A DNA stretch of 64,000 bases from Carpediemonas membranifera BICM (Eukaryota > Protista > Fornicata), in NCBI GenBank assembly GCA_019828565.1, contig JAHDYR010000003.1, positions 186,001 to 250,000 on the forward strand. Direction: 5' to 3'. The first letter of the stretch is position 1. Every line of letters starts with the position of its first letter. The position numbers were made by a program, and so were the translations under genes. The notes beneath the pieces were generated by a model. That model saw only the letters and a list, made by a program, of their open reading frames with translations. It made no database searches and was not told the origin of the DNA. Shown here piece by piece: positions 31,001 through 42,633 of the stretch.

Positions 31001-32178
31001 TCGACCTCGTCTTGCGCGGCCTCTAAGTCTGCGCGCGTCGCCCTGATCGTCTCGTCCTTCTCGTTCAGCTCCGCGACACATTTGTCGTTAAAGTGCGACA
31101 TCGCTTCGAGACGGTCTCGCGCGGCATCGACGTCTGCGTTGCTCTGTTGCGCCTCGCTCAGCGCTGACCGAAGGGAGTCGACCTCGTCGTGCGCAGCCTC
31201 TAAGTCGCCCATCGCGTCTGCGTTGCTCTGCTGCGCCTCGCTCAGCGCTGACCGAAGGGAGTCGACCTCGTCTTGCGCGGCCTCTAAGTCTGCGCGCGTC
31301 GCCCTGATCGTCTCGTCCTTCTCGTTCAGCTCCGCGACACATTTGTCGTTAAAGTGCGACATCGCTTCGAGACGGTCTCGCGCGGCATCGACGTCTGCGT
31401 TGCTCTGTTGCGCCTCGCTCAGCGCTGACCGAAGGGAGTCGACCTCGTCGTGCGCAGCCTCTAAGTCGCCCATCGCGTCTGCGTTGCTCTGCTGCGCCTC
31501 GCTCAGCGCTGACCGAAGGGAGTCGACCTCGTCTTGCGCGGCCTCTAAGTCTGCGCGCGTCGCCCTGATCGTCTCGTCCTTCTCGTTCAGCTCCGCGACA
31601 CATTTGTCGTTAAAGTGCGACATCGCTTCGAGACGGTCTCGCGCGGCATCGACGTCTGCGTTGCTCTGTTGCGCCTCGCTCAGCGCTGACCGAAGGGAGT
31701 CGACCTCGTCGTGTGCAGCCTCTAAGTCGCCCATCGCGTCTGCGTTGCTCTGTTGCGCCTCGCTCAGCGCTGACCGAAGGGAGTCGACCTCGTCTTGCGC
31801 GGCCTCTAAGTCGGCTCGCATGTCCTGCGAAGTTTGTTCCTGGACCCAGGCATCCTTCTTGTACCTCCTGATCGTCTCTTGGGCGTCGTCCATGTCCGAC
31901 CGAAGCGTACTGATCTCCTCTCGGGCGTTCATAAGAATGTTATACATCTCCTGTGACGGTACAGCTGCATTAGAGGGCTCTCGCCGGTTTTCCTCTTCTA
32001 AATTCTGCTCTAGCTGCTGTACTTTGACCTTCAAGCCTTCAAACTCAGGATCTATACGACAAACATACCATTCATAGGCCTGGAGCTGAAGCTGCAGCGA
32101 TTCAACGATCTCATTCCAATTTGCTGGAGCTATTGATCGCTGACGACTGTCATAGTATAGCGTTCGACGCGAATTCAT
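28056..32178 (-). CDS. Large coiled-coil tandem-repeat protein (one gene, apparent 1-bp frameshift near 30174)
   Basis: Two overlapping ORFs share the same repeat peptide. One unit reads CGCCCCTGAT where all others read CGCCCTGAT. Confidence 0.85.
29560..31812. repeat. Coding tandem repeat of 261-bp and 345-bp units built from an 84-bp (28-aa) subunit
   Basis: Near-identical DLEAA(H/Q)DEVDSLRSALSEAQQSNAD repeats. Spacings of 261 and 345 nt are visible in the ORF track. Confidence 0.95.
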
Positions 32179-32352
32179 CCCTCAATGAACTGAGGGTGTT
32201 CGAAAGATTCGCGGATTACGGGAATCTGCGAGAATTGAAAGTGGCGACGAGTAGAGCTTGGCGTACTCTCTGGCATGACCCAGGCCTCTCAGTCAGGCCG
32301 AGCGACCTCTGATAATTTATGCGCAAAATTTTCTTGCAGAACGGCGATCGAA

Positions 32353-32703
32353 ATGAAAACCTCCCAGGTGAAGGCTTCTTCGACTTCCAGAGGCGCTACA
32401 CTGCAGTCATATAACAACGATCTCATCAAAAGCATGGATGAGATGAACGCCAAGCGGGAAGACCTCAAGCAGGAGATTGCTGAGGCGACAGAGGAGAAGG
32501 CGAAGCTAGAGAACGACATGAAGGTCATTAGAGAGAAACTCACTCGTGTAGAGGAGAGCCTTAACAAGAAGATCGCCTCAAAGGCCGAATACGACCGGAC
32601 GATCAAGGAGGTCGAGTCAGCGTACATGCGCATCCTGGAGTCCTCCCAGGCGCTCCTGTCCGTAGTTAGGAGGGACGCTGGGATTCTGGAGAAGAAAGTG
32701 TAA
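32353..32703 (+). CDS. SSNA1: SSNA1/NA14/DIP13 microtubule-associated protein
   Basis: GATLQSYNNDLIKSMDEM..KRE..EYDRTIKEVESAYMRILESSQALLSV. Confidence 0.9.
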   Translation: MKTSQVKASSTSRGATLQSYNNDLIKSMDEMNAKREDLKQEIAEATEEKAKLENDMKVIREKLTRVEESLNKKIASKAEYDRTIKEVESAYMRILESSQALLSVVRRDAGILEKKV

Positions 32704-33032
32704 AATATTCCGCCAATTGCGGCTGTATGCTGCTCAGCTGATGTGTGTTACAGGGGACGGAGCAATTGCTGTCTTGCAGGCTTGCTGCCGCCTTAAAGTC
32801 ACGCTAGAACACGCCACATGAGTCTCAAGTCCATGTCAGAGTCCAGCCGTCTCCTTTCGAGGAATCCGGAGCTGCTGTGTGACCGTGATCGCTGATCAAT
32901 TCGGTTCAAAATGGCGAAAAGGCAGACTATACATGGTATACGTATCACATATATGGCCAGTCTCGGCCGACAATCCGGACATGACTTTGACGACTCGGGC
33001 GCGGGCAACACTTTTCTCCGCCAAACGAAAAC

Positions 33033-34266
33033 ATGCCATCTGTGCTCCTTAGCTGGAAGGACAAGACAGGTACCGCTAATGAGAAACGTCTTGAGGACGG
33101 TAGCAGCTACACGCTTGGCCGTGTCAACAAGACGAACGATGAGAGGTTTATTGTCGTGAACCACCCCGCAGTCTCAAGCAAGCATACCAAGATCAGTATG
33201 TACTCGTTTTCATACGTCTTATGTAGCCATTGATGGCGAAACCGCCCACGTGGAGGATCTCAAGTCGTCGCACGGCACACGTGTTTTCGCAGCAACCCTC
33301 GAGAAGGACGGTACGATGCTTAAGAGCAGCACCGAGGTCCTTGAGCTCCCCCTCTCCTTCAAGCTCGAGATGGGCGGCAACATGCTCGTCGCTAAGCCCG
33401 ACGACGAGGACGCTACCCAACACTCCGAGGTGGCCGAGCCTGCACCCAAAAAGAAGGCCTCTCCGAAGGCGAAGAAGGCCGCTGCTGAGCCCAAGACCAA
33501 GGCTGAGCCCAAGAAGAAGGCTGCCACCAAGAAGAAGGCAGACAAGAAGGCGGACAAGCCCAAGAAGAAGGCCAAGGTCGAGGAGGCCGAGGCTTCCATA
33601 ATGTCCGAGGAGGATGAGCCCGAGATGGACATCACCCTTGACGATGACGACGACCAGGACGCCGTGGGAGCGACCCAAGTCTTCCAGGTAGCTCTCTCTG
33701 GCCTCGGCGGCACAGAGCATGAGAAGTACCAGGCCATCGCCTCCCGGGTCGGCGAGATCGCGCTGGACAACTCCGACGCCGAGGTCATCGTCTGCCCCAA
33801 GCTCCTCCGCACCCCCGCTGTACTCGCAGGCCTGAGCCGCGGCTGCCCCGTCGTCAAACTTTCCTGGCTAACTGACAGCGACGAGGCCGGAGCTCCCCTG
33901 GCCTTTACAGACTACGCCCTGACCAAGGCCGACTACAAGACCCCCGAGGACCTCCCTGACGACTACAACACTGTCGAGGTGGCCGAGACAGCGCCCGAAC
34001 AGGGCATCATCGGCGGGTGGGATGTCGTCTTCCACCACTCCGTCAAGAAGGACGTCATGAGAGATATCGTCGAGGCAGCCGGTGGGCGGGTGCTCGCTGA
34101 CGCTCCTGAGGACCCTCGCGACCACTTGATGGTCATGGCGGTGGAGCTTGACGCGGAGCTGGAGGCTATGGTAGAGAAGGGGTTCACCGTGGTCAGCAAG
34201 GACAAGTTCAACACCGCCGTGCTGCTTCAGTCCTTCGAGCCGACGACCTGTACTCTCGGCCAATAA
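33033..34266 (+). CDS. FHA plus tandem BRCT protein (MDC1-like), two exons 33033-33195 and 33227-34266
   Basis: Splicing joins the FHA motifs LGR..VSSKHTKIT..VEDLKSSHGTRV. A Lys-rich linker precedes the BRCT segment KLLRTPAVLAGLSRGCPVVKLSWL..DIVEAAGG. Confidence 0.8.
33196..33226 (+). other. 31-nt spliceosomal intron
   Basis: GTATGT...ATGTAG. Removal joins two frames in phase within the FHA domain. Confidence 0.85.
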
Positions 34267-34321
34267 ATAATGCATGATTTATTCCGGGGCAAGAAGAAGA
34301 AGGAGTCGATCATGCCTGGTC

Positions 34322-34837
34322 TCACGCCTTGACGACAGTGATGACCACAGCCTCCCTACCCTTGTCCCATCGTGCCTTTGTACCAGACTCAACGACAGGG
34401 TGGGCGAGTGGCAGGACGAGTCGATAACGTCGGCTCATCACAGAAAGATGGGTCGCAGTCACATCAATGTCCAGGGTCGACGGGTCCTCTCCAGGCATAG
34501 AGACGATGTAGTCGACGGCCTGGCAGTCCTCAGTGGCGGAGGTGAGCATTTCGAAGCCGCCATACATCTCTGCGGCGGAGATTGATTGGTTGTAGACCAT
34601 CTCGTACGATGGAACCATGCGAGAGTCAGTAATCACGCTGTCAGCCTGCATGATCTCCGTTTCATCCTCCCAAATGGCGTTGCTCTTCGGCTTTGGCTTG
34701 GATTCGGTACTGGGCGCTGGTACAGGCTTTGGAGCGATTTTCTTTGCAGCTGCTTGCGCCTGGCGTTGCTTCTCCTCAGCAAGTTCATAGCTCTTGTCCA
34801 GAAGGTCGCTGATGTTCTGGAGTTCTTGGAAATTCAT
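34322..34837 (-). CDS. DNAAF6: Dynein axonemal assembly factor PIH1D3/DNAAF6-like
   Basis: PSYEMVYNQSISAAEMYGG..CQAVDYIVSMPG..LDIDVT..LVLPLAHPV..KARWD (CS-like domain). Confidence 0.75.
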   Translation of the reverse strand: MNFQELQNISDLLDKSYELAEEKQRQAQAAAKKIAPKPVPAPSTESKPKPKSNAIWEDETEIMQADSVITDSRMVPSYEMVYNQSISAAEMYGGFEMLTSATEDCQAVDYIVSMPGEDPSTLDIDVTATHLSVMSRRYRLVLPLAHPVVESGTKARWDKGREAVVITVVKA

Positions 34838-34997
34838 TCGGCAAGCCGTGACCGACCGACTGAATGACATAACCTGCACCTACGCTGATGAGACACAGCA
34901 GTGCTATCTACTGCTAGGCGTATGCCGTACTAGTCTCGTTCGCCTTTTTTGGTTGAATTGTCAGATTAGCTCAGGCCAAAATTCCTTCCCAAAAACG

Positions 34998-36443
34998 ATG
35001 TACGAGGAGGAATACAAGGCCGCTGCAGCGAGAACCAGTAGTGAAAATCCCGAACTAGATCGCTTAACTTGTCAGAAGATCGCGAAATTGCTTGGTTTGA
35101 AAGATGATGAGCTAATCGTTCCCAGAGCCTCCGAAATCAAGGAAGTTCCACCAATTATCATTCCAGTACGTTTTAATGTGCATTATCTCACCCAGTCTCT
35201 CTCCATAGACGCTGATTCTGCTGCCCGGACAGTACTCAGGAAGCTTGCACGCACCGAGGCCCTGCGCAGTGAGATCGACGCCCTCCCAGACGAGCAGTGC
35301 ATGGAGGCGATTACCCGCACGATAGAGAACCTGACTGTGGAGCAGAGTACCCCCAACGGTCCCGTGCGTCCCATGGATTACGATACTTTCACCCTCGTCA
35401 AGTCCTCCCTCGAGTCCGAGTTCGAGGACCAGTCCGACGTGAAGGAGTGGAAGACATACTTCAAGCCGTCTGTATTCTTTCAGTTCCCGCAGCTTGGCGA
35501 GTCGTTTGGCACCATTGACGGCAACGTACTGAGCAACTTCATTGCCCGGGACGTCGCGGTGCAGCAGACGTGCATTTCCTTGTCTTTCTATGACGCCTCT
35601 GGCAACGGCACGCTCACCGAGCAGGACCTGGAGACCTACATTTACGAGCTCATCCCCAACCTCGCCGCCCTCACCCTCGACGAAGCTTTCCTCCCCTTCT
35701 ACGTCTGCCACGCCGTCCGCCGCATCATGTTCTTCCTCGACCCGTCCAGACGCGGCCGTGTGACTATCCCTAGTCTGCTCGCTTCGCCACACCTGGCTGA
35801 GTTCTTCGAGTTGAGAGAGAAGCCCTCGCCGTGGTCAGCAAGCCTCAAGAACAACTGGTTCAGTCATACCAAGGCGCGGCAGCTGTATGATACATATCTG
35901 GCCCTCGACGGGAACAGGAACGGCCTCCTCAGCCGGGAGGAATTCTCCCGTTATGGAGACTCGAAGCTATGTCCACTGTTCGTCACGAGACTGTTCGAAG
36001 AAACTCAGACGTACGGCGGGGAGCTCGACTACAAGGCTTTCCTCGACGTCATTCTCCATCTTGAGAACAAGCACACGCCCCAAGCCCAGCGGTGGATGTT
36101 CAACCTCCTCGACGTGGAGGCGAAGGGGGTGCTGAGCAGACTGGTAATGACGGCATTCTTTACTCAGGTCAACCAGGCGATGGGCAATGAGTTCGTTGTT
36201 GCTGATGTCATCGATGAGATCTTTGATATGACTCGACCGGCTGACCCAACCAAGGGAATAACTTTTGATGACATCACAGCCTCTCAGTGTGGCCAGATAT
36301 CCTTGGGGATCCTAGTGGACGTCGATGCCTTCATCGCCTACGACACCAGGGAAGGCCAGGTCCAGGAGGAGCAGGAGCCACCGCCACAGGCCCAGCCGCA
36401 GGCCCAGGCGAAGGGGGGAACCTTCTTTGAGAGCCCTATTTGA
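34998..36443 (+). CDS. PPP2R3C: PP2A regulatory subunit B'' gamma (PPP2R3C/TON2/FASS-like, EF-hands)
   Basis: LSFYDASGNGTLTEQDLETYIYELIP, FYVCHAVRRIMFFLDP, NWFS..YLALDGNRNGLLSREE and GELDYKAFLD. Confidence 0.9.
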   Translation: MYEEEYKAAAARTSSENPELDRLTCQKIAKLLGLKDDELIVPRASEIKEVPPIIIPVRFNVHYLTQSLSIDADSAARTVLRKLARTEALRSEIDALPDEQCMEAITRTIENLTVEQSTPNGPVRPMDYDTFTLVKSSLESEFEDQSDVKEWKTYFKPSVFFQFPQLGESFGTIDGNVLSNFIARDVAVQQTCISLSFYDASGNGTLTEQDLETYIYELIPNLAALTLDEAFLPFYVCHAVRRIMFFLDPSRRGRVTIPSLLASPHLAEFFELREKPSPWSASLKNNWFSHTKARQLYDTYLALDGNRNGLLSREEFSRYGDSKLCPLFVTRLFEETQTYGGELDYKAFLDVILHLENKHTPQAQRWMFNLLDVEAKGVLSRLVMTAFFTQVNQAMGNEFVVADVIDEIFDMTRPADPTKGITFDDITASQCGQISLGILVDVDAFIAYDTREGQVQEEQEPPPQAQPQAQAKGGTFFESPI

Positions 36444-36783
36444 AGTGGTGTGTTTGGTGTGTTTATTGTGCCCCGGCGTAAAATTTTGCGTGTCTGGTGT
36501 GGAAGTATTTTGTGAGTCTGGATACGAGGAGATTTGATCGATTTGACATGGACAATGGCGTTGAAATGACCTGTCTGACAGCATGTATACCCGCTGCATC
36601 GCCCAGCTCGCGTATATCCGGGAGTTCTCCACTCGTCTTCTGCTGCCCTCAACTTTCGAGCATGACACCCGACCAACCACGCTCATACAAGCTACTGCGA
36701 TTCGGCGGAACAGGATATATTGGCGGGGGATGCTTTCATGCTTCTATTGACAGAGATTTATCACCAGATTCACTCGGGATCAC

Positions 36784-39700
36784 TTGGAATTTGGGATAAA
36801 AATCCGACGGCGACTCCACAGCAAAGTCGAACAACGAAGTTTCCCAATGGTGACGGCCGCCAACCAGTCTCTAGGCTCCACAGAAGCCTATGGAACTCCT
36901 GGCGATCTTGTACAACATCCCTCCACGTTTGGTAGCCCAACAGTTTGTCCTCCATGTCACCACAAGCTTAAACAGTATACAAACAGCCAAATTAAGTCCA
37001 CGATCCTCTATGACGAGGACAACCGCCGCCGCCTTATGGAACGTAGCGAACTTGAGAGCCGTACAATGACGGCCACGACGCAAGTCGATCTTCTTCAGAG
37101 AGCCAATGAGGAGCTCCAAAAGTCCTTCGACCAGGCCATGCTCGACATCTCCCGCCTCCGTGAGCAGAACGGCACGACCACCCGCCGTCTCCGCGAGCAG
37201 GTAACCGACATTTCTCGCCAGCTGACAGTCTCCCAGAACACCAAAGCTGACCTTGAACGCCAGCTCCAGAAGGCCGAGTCGGCGCACCTTAGAGTGACTA
37301 CTGAACTTGAGCACGAGCTTGAGAGGATGAAGCGGGCCCGTGCTCAGCAGGAGACAATCATCCGCCGCCGCAGTGAGGAGCTGAGCCAGGCGAAGTCGCA
37401 CCACCGCGAGCTCCAGGAGGCCGCCACAACCAGGGAGAGAGCCCTCGATAAGGCCATTGTGACGCACCAGGGCAAGATCCGTTCCCTCGAGGAGCAGCTT
37501 TCGGAGCAGACTCAGCAAGTGCTGCAGTTGGAGCAGCAGATCGACCAGATCAACAGAGAGCACTCGGCACAGAAGAAGAAGCTCCAGCAGGCATCAGACC
37601 GCATGAACCGCCAGGCCGAGGCCAAGGAGCGCGAGCTCAACGCCGTGATTGAGCGCCAGGCTGACCAGATCGCGGCCATCCAGGCTGACTCGAAGACTGC
37701 AGCCAACACGAACTCACAGCTGACCACTGAACGGGACAACGCCCGTGACCAGCTCTCATCCCACTCCTCTAGGGCCGCCGCTGAGCTGGCCCGTATGCAG
37801 GAGACTGTAGTTCACGAGAAGGGCGTCGCCACAGAGCTGAGGCACAAGCTCGAGCTCCAGGTGCAGCAGATGGACAGTCTCAAGGCTGAGCTCACCTCCA
37901 CCCAGCGTGAGGCTGGCATCGTAAGAGAGACGCTCACTTCCCAGAACGCCGAGCTGCAGGAGTCCCTCATGCAGGTGAAGGAGGAGGCCGCCAACCAGCG
38001 CTCTGTCCTCGAGACCACCACGTCTACCTATGAAAACGAGCTCGCCCGCATCAGGGCTTCTCTCGAGCAACGTGACGTAGTCATTGAGCAGCTGCAAGAC
38101 GAGTTGAGGTCGGCCCACGAGTCCCACGAGGCTATGCTCGACGACATGACCAGGAACCACGTCAACACGGTCACTGAGCTCCAGGCAGACCTGCAGACCA
38201 AGCTGTCGGCCATTGACGACCTCAATGACGAGCTGGCTCAGACGACGGTCCGTAGAGATGACCTCAGCGCCCAACTCGAAGATGTGCGTGTCTCTCTCGA
38301 TAAGGCATCCCGTGACGCGGCCACCAAGCACGCCGCTCTTTCTGATGAGAAGGACAGGGTCGAGTCTGAACTCCTCGAGACCCAGCAGCTCGTGTCAGAG
38401 CTCAGAGACGACTGCTCCAACCTCAGACGGACCGCGATCGCCCAGGACAAGCGGGTCCATGAGCTGGAATCGGCCCTCGAGTCGAGTGACTCTGAGCGGA
38501 ACATCAAGACGAAGGCTCTGCTCAACGCTCAGAACCAGCTCAGGGCCATGGTGGACAAGTATGACGCCCAGATCGCCGAGCTCCATGACCAACACGCGAT
38601 GACTGTGGAGAGGGAGCAGGCCAAGGGGGCCGAGCTCGAGGTGCGGGTGGAGACTCTTCGGCAGAGTGTGAAGGAAGCAGAGGACCGGCAGAGGGATGAG
38701 CAGCTCCGGTGCGAGAGACTGCAGACGGCCCTGGCCGAGACGGAGGAGCGGGCAAACAGACTCGAGGGCGAGGTGGACGCAGCCAAGGAGCAGCACGCCC
38801 TGGACGTCGCACACTGGAAGAAGGAGCTCGAGGCAGAGAGAGAGGGCGCCCACCAGTTGTCCGAGCAGACCACAGAGGAGATGGATAAGCTCAGGAGCCG
38901 CCTGGCTGCCTCGGAGAAGACACTGAGAGAAGCCAAGGCCAAGGCCCTCGACCTCGAGACCGAGAAGCAGTCCGAGTACGAGATGTACGTCGAGAAGGAG
39001 AGAGATAGCGACGCCGTCATCGCCCAACTCCGTCACGACCTCGCAGCCACCAGGGCGGACTTCAAGGTCGCCGTGGAGGATGCAGAGACCTCCCGGGCCC
39101 AGCTCACGAGAGACCTCTCCGCCGCCAGGGAGGCCCGCAAGAACGCCGAGGACGCCCTCGACATGGAGCGGCAGAACGGCGTTCTCAGCGCCAATGACAG
39201 GACCGAGGCGATCTCCACGCTCAACGCGGCAGCACTGGAGTTGAAGGAAGAGCTCGCTAAGACCAAGTCCGACGCTGAGCGGGCCACCAAGGACCTGGAG
39301 GACGCCAAGGAGCGGGCTGAGCGGGATCACGCTGCCCACAAGACCGAGATCAGCCGCCTGCTGGCCGAGAGACAGTTTGAGACCGAGCAAGGCTCCGCAG
39401 CGAAGACTGAACTCGAGAAAACCCGTGAAACCCACCGCCTCCAGCTCGAAGAGGCCTTTAGAGAAGCATCCGCCTCCTCTGAAGCCGTTACAACACTCGA
39501 ATCCAAGAGCCGTGAGCTCGAGAGCCGTAACACCGTCCTGAACAAGGAGATCGACAGCCTCAGGGGCGAACTCGACCACGTCCGGGCCCACCATGAGAAT
39601 GAGATGGTTCGCATGGGCGAGGACGCCGCCCGGGCCCACGAGGACCTCGACAGAGCCGTAGAAGAGTTCGAGGAGGAGCGGGTTCGTCTGACTGAGCAGC

Positions 39701-40665
39701 TCGACCACCTGACCAGGACGAGGGACGGATCGGAGGCCACCGCAAGGGACCTGGAGATCGAGATCGAGAGTCTGAGGCAGCAGCTCAGAGACAGCCAGAG
39801 CAGGCGGACAGCGGACCAGGAGACGGCCAAGGAGGAGTCCGCGGGCCTCAGGAAGACTGTCCGAAAGCACGAGGACCGCATCGAGCAGCTTGAGGAGGAG
39901 CTAAACGATCGGGCCCATCGGATCGCCCAGTTCGAGGAGCTCCAGACTGAGCACTCGCAGTTGCTTGACGACAGGTCCAAGCTGCTCGACGAGGTGTCTG
40001 CCCTTCACACCGAGGTCGACCGCGTCGCCTCAGAGGCAGAGAGACAGATCGCTGACCTCAGCGTGCAGCTCGATCAGGCCAATGCATCGGTCAAGGCCCT
40101 CGAGAGCGACCGGTCAGCGCACGCTGAGAAGATCCGCACTCTGGGCCGACAGGTGGATGAGCAGACAGTCGTGGCCACCAGATCCTCCGTCGAGCTCGAG
40201 ACCGAGAAGCGCCGCCTCCAGAACCAACTGGCCGAGCGTGAGCGCATGGTCGACCAGCTAACCCGCCAGCTCAACGTGCTCCAGCAGTCGAACAGCCGCT
40301 ACTCGGCCCAACTGCGGCAGACCCAGCAGCTGCTCTCCCTGCGCCACGAGTCTGCCCCCACTCCCGCACACGGCACCGACACCCGCCTCCACACCGCAGA
40401 GATGGAGCTCGCATCATCCCGTCGTCTGGTGTCCGGGCTCCAGACCCGCGTCACAACTCTAGAGGGCCGCGTGGGCCACCTCAGAACTTACGTCGCCAAG
40501 CTTCGCTCCTTTATTGACCGCCAGGGCCTCAGCCGCCTCGCCCCGCCCGAGCCCCCCGTGCTGAAGGAGACGGACTCGCGGAGCTCGAGCCCCATGAAGT
40601 ACAGCTCTGGATACCTGTCGAGATCTACCCTGAGGACCTCACCCGCCACCCCTGGTACGAGGTAA
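36784..40665 (+). CDS. Long coiled-coil protein (start uncertain)
   Basis: About 1290-codon ORF with continuous heptad pattern and no recognised globular domain. Confidence 0.8.
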   Translation: MEFGIKIRRRLHSKVEQRSFPMVTAANQSLGSTEAYGTPGDLVQHPSTFGSPTVCPPCHHKLKQYTNSQIKSTILYDEDNRRRLMERSELESRTMTATTQVDLLQRANEELQKSFDQAMLDISRLREQNGTTTRRLREQVTDISRQLTVSQNTKADLERQLQKAESAHLRVTTELEHELERMKRARAQQETIIRRRSEELSQAKSHHRELQEAATTRERALDKAIVTHQGKIRSLEEQLSEQTQQVLQLEQQIDQINREHSAQKKKLQQASDRMNRQAEAKERELNAVIERQADQIAAIQADSKTAANTNSQLTTERDNARDQLSSHSSRAAAELARMQETVVHEKGVATELRHKLELQVQQMDSLKAELTSTQREAGIVRETLTSQNAELQESLMQVKEEAANQRSVLETTTSTYENELARIRASLEQRDVVIEQLQDELRSAHESHEAMLDDMTRNHVNTVTELQADLQTKLSAIDDLNDELAQTTVRRDDLSAQLEDVRVSLDKASRDAATKHAALSDEKDRVESELLETQQLVSELRDDCSNLRRTAIAQDKRVHELESALESSDSERNIKTKALLNAQNQLRAMVDKYDAQIAELHDQHAMTVEREQAKGAELEVRVETLRQSVKEAEDRQRDEQLRCERLQTALAETEERANRLEGEVDAAKEQHALDVAHWKKELEAEREGAHQLSEQTTEEMDKLRSRLAASEKTLREAKAKALDLETEKQSEYEMYVEKERDSDAVIAQLRHDLAATRADFKVAVEDAETSRAQLTRDLSAAREARKNAEDALDMERQNGVLSANDRTEAISTLNAAALELKEELAKTKSDAERATKDLEDAKERAERDHAAHKTEISRLLAERQFETEQGSAAKTELEKTRETHRLQLEEAFREASASSEAVTTLESKSRELESRNTVLNKEIDSLRGELDHVRAHHENEMVRMGEDAARAHEDLDRAVEEFEEERVRLTEQLDHLTRTRDGSEATARDLEIEIESLRQQLRDSQSRRTADQETAKEESAGLRKTVRKHEDRIEQLEEELNDRAHRIAQFEELQTEHSQLLDDRSKLLDEVSALHTEVDRVASEAERQIADLSVQLDQANASVKALESDRSAHAEKIRTLGRQVDEQTVVATRSSVELETEKRRLQNQLAERERMVDQLTRQLNVLQQSNSRYSAQLRQTQQLLSLRHESAPTPAHGTDTRLHTAEMELASSRRLVSGLQTRVTTLEGRVGHLRTYVAKLRSFIDRQGLSRLAPPEPPVLKETDSRSSSPMKYSSGYLSRSTLRTSPATPGTR

Positions 40666-41017
40666 TTGATGTAAAACTATGTTGCTACTTGCTGTTGTAG
40701 GTCGTTTAAGTATTGCATGATACATTTATGAGCTGACTCACGTAAAGGGTGAGGGGGTGGAGTGTTTGCAGTCAAGGGCGGAGTAGCAGTTTCTTATGCA
40801 GAAAGTGATGTCCTGGTGGTCCATATGGTTGTTGGCGTGGTTGGTGCGAACCATATCCTGGAGGAAGGGTTCAGCGATGGCTGCGCGGATGTATGCCTTC
40901 TTCGGCGGTTGGGCCGGCAGCTTTGAGTGTTTTGTGAAGAGTCGTTGCGACTGAGTCCAAGTTCGCTCCATCGACACCGAGGTTGAGGAATATTGCGTCC
41001 TCCGTACCTTACAGCTT

Positions 41018-42550
41018 ATGTTGACGAGCAATCAATTGACTATTTCGCAGTTTAAGGCTACCGATTCTCACCTGGTCCAAACAAGAGTCAGACTGCTCGA
41101 TCAAGGAGAAATCATTATGGACCCAACTGTACAAACTCCATTTACTCTTATCCATGCTATGTTGGATCAATTGCGGAGTGAAGAGCCGATATTTTACGAT
41201 GCTGTGCCAAAGCAACCACAGCAACCATTGGCGAAGGTGACGGCGCAGCCAATCGATTCTCAGATAAGTGATCGTGAGGTGCAATGGTTTATTGAAGAAT
41301 TATCCCGCCTTGGGTTCAATGATGAGGCTTTCCAGTCGACCATGAGTGCCCTTGCCCCTCTGGGAAACTTCCCGAAGTTAGCGCCCGACATGCTGCAGCG
41401 CTTCAAGGACCTATCGACATCCCCATTCTTTTTTGACATTTGTGCCACTCTATCCAAGCAAAACCAGCGAAGTCTCCTCGGCGGCCGCGAGCTACGCGCC
41501 CTACTCGGCGTAAGCACCTTTCCCTGGACAGGCGCCCCCATCCCCGACGATCTGAATATCTGGTCTGACGCCACGCCCTCTCCTGCCCTGTGCGAGGAGT
41601 ACTTCAAGTCTCTCCCCGCCATCCACCAGGCCACCATCATTGCCCTGGAGACCGAGACTGTACTGAACACACTGCAGGGCCAGCGTGCAATGCTCGAGAC
41701 CAGCACCGCTGTGACTCCGATCACAGTCGTCCAGTCAAAGTTCCAGACGAAACACCCAACCTCACCCCTAGAGTCGAGGAGGCTCGAAGCCAGGTTTACT
41801 AGAATGGCCACCGCTGCCCTCAGCATCAGCAGCACTGAGCTGGCCTACACGCCCGCCTACCAGCCGGACGGGGAGCCTTGGTCCCACCTCGAGTGCCAGT
41901 TCCTATTCAACCCTGCCCTCGGCCTCACCCAGCGTATCAGGGCTGTGGCCGCTGAGTTGAAGAGACGCCCTGACTGCCAGCAGTTGTTCACCAAGTGGGA
42001 TGACATTGTGTGGCGCCGTCAAATCGTAATCACGCAGGACAAGGTCGAGGAAGCCCTCGCATCCCGTGTGGCCAACAAACGAGACGTCAAGGAGTATGCC
42101 GCTGACTTTGACTGGGCATGTAACCTCATCGGCAAGTACCCCGCCGACGAAATGCGCCGATGCTACGAGGAGATGAAGGACGAGGTGAAGCACTTCGACG
42201 TGTTCAAGCTGGTTCTGACTCTGTTCGCCCCTCTAGCTGACTCAAGCAGACCCCCGTCATCATCTGGTAGCCAGCCAATCAATTGGGCAGAATTGATCGA
42301 TGGCTATGCCGACATGGATCCAAGAAAGAAGCGGCAAGTCAAGAAGAAAGCCAGGGCTAAGCTCCAGAAGGCCAATAACCAGCAGGATAAGGACCGGGTG
42401 TTGCTTCATGTGATTGCCGCGGCCGCCCAAGACACTCTGATCGGGCTCATCCAGCAGGATCGGAGTCGGCTGAGAGAGAAGCTGCTGGCGGTGGAGAAGA
42501 ACCTATGGCACAACCTGGAGAGGATGCAGAGCAAGAGCGGGAGCACGTGA
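41018..42550 (+). CDS. Hypothetical protein
   Basis: 510-codon ORF with typical codon usage. Confidence 0.7.
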   Translation: MLTSNQLTISQFKATDSHLVQTRVRLLDQGEIIMDPTVQTPFTLIHAMLDQLRSEEPIFYDAVPKQPQQPLAKVTAQPIDSQISDREVQWFIEELSRLGFNDEAFQSTMSALAPLGNFPKLAPDMLQRFKDLSTSPFFFDICATLSKQNQRSLLGGRELRALLGVSTFPWTGAPIPDDLNIWSDATPSPALCEEYFKSLPAIHQATIIALETETVLNTLQGQRAMLETSTAVTPITVVQSKFQTKHPTSPLESRRLEARFTRMATAALSISSTELAYTPAYQPDGEPWSHLECQFLFNPALGLTQRIRAVAAELKRRPDCQQLFTKWDDIVWRRQIVITQDKVEEALASRVANKRDVKEYAADFDWACNLIGKYPADEMRRCYEEMKDEVKHFDVFKLVLTLFAPLADSSRPPSSSGSQPINWAELIDGYADMDPRKKRQVKKKARAKLQKANNQQDKDRVLLHVIAAAAQDTLIGLIQQDRSRLREKLLAVEKNLWHNLERMQSKSGST

Positions 42551-42633
42551 GTATAAAGAGCAGTTTTAGCGCTGATTCTATGCTGATGTTTACAATACGA
42601 TGCCAAGGGTGCCGTGGGGCTGACCGCGGCCTA

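Noticed and set aside
29560-31812. Tandem array as a CRISPR-like locus
   Set aside because: There are no unique spacers, and it is an in-frame coding repeat.
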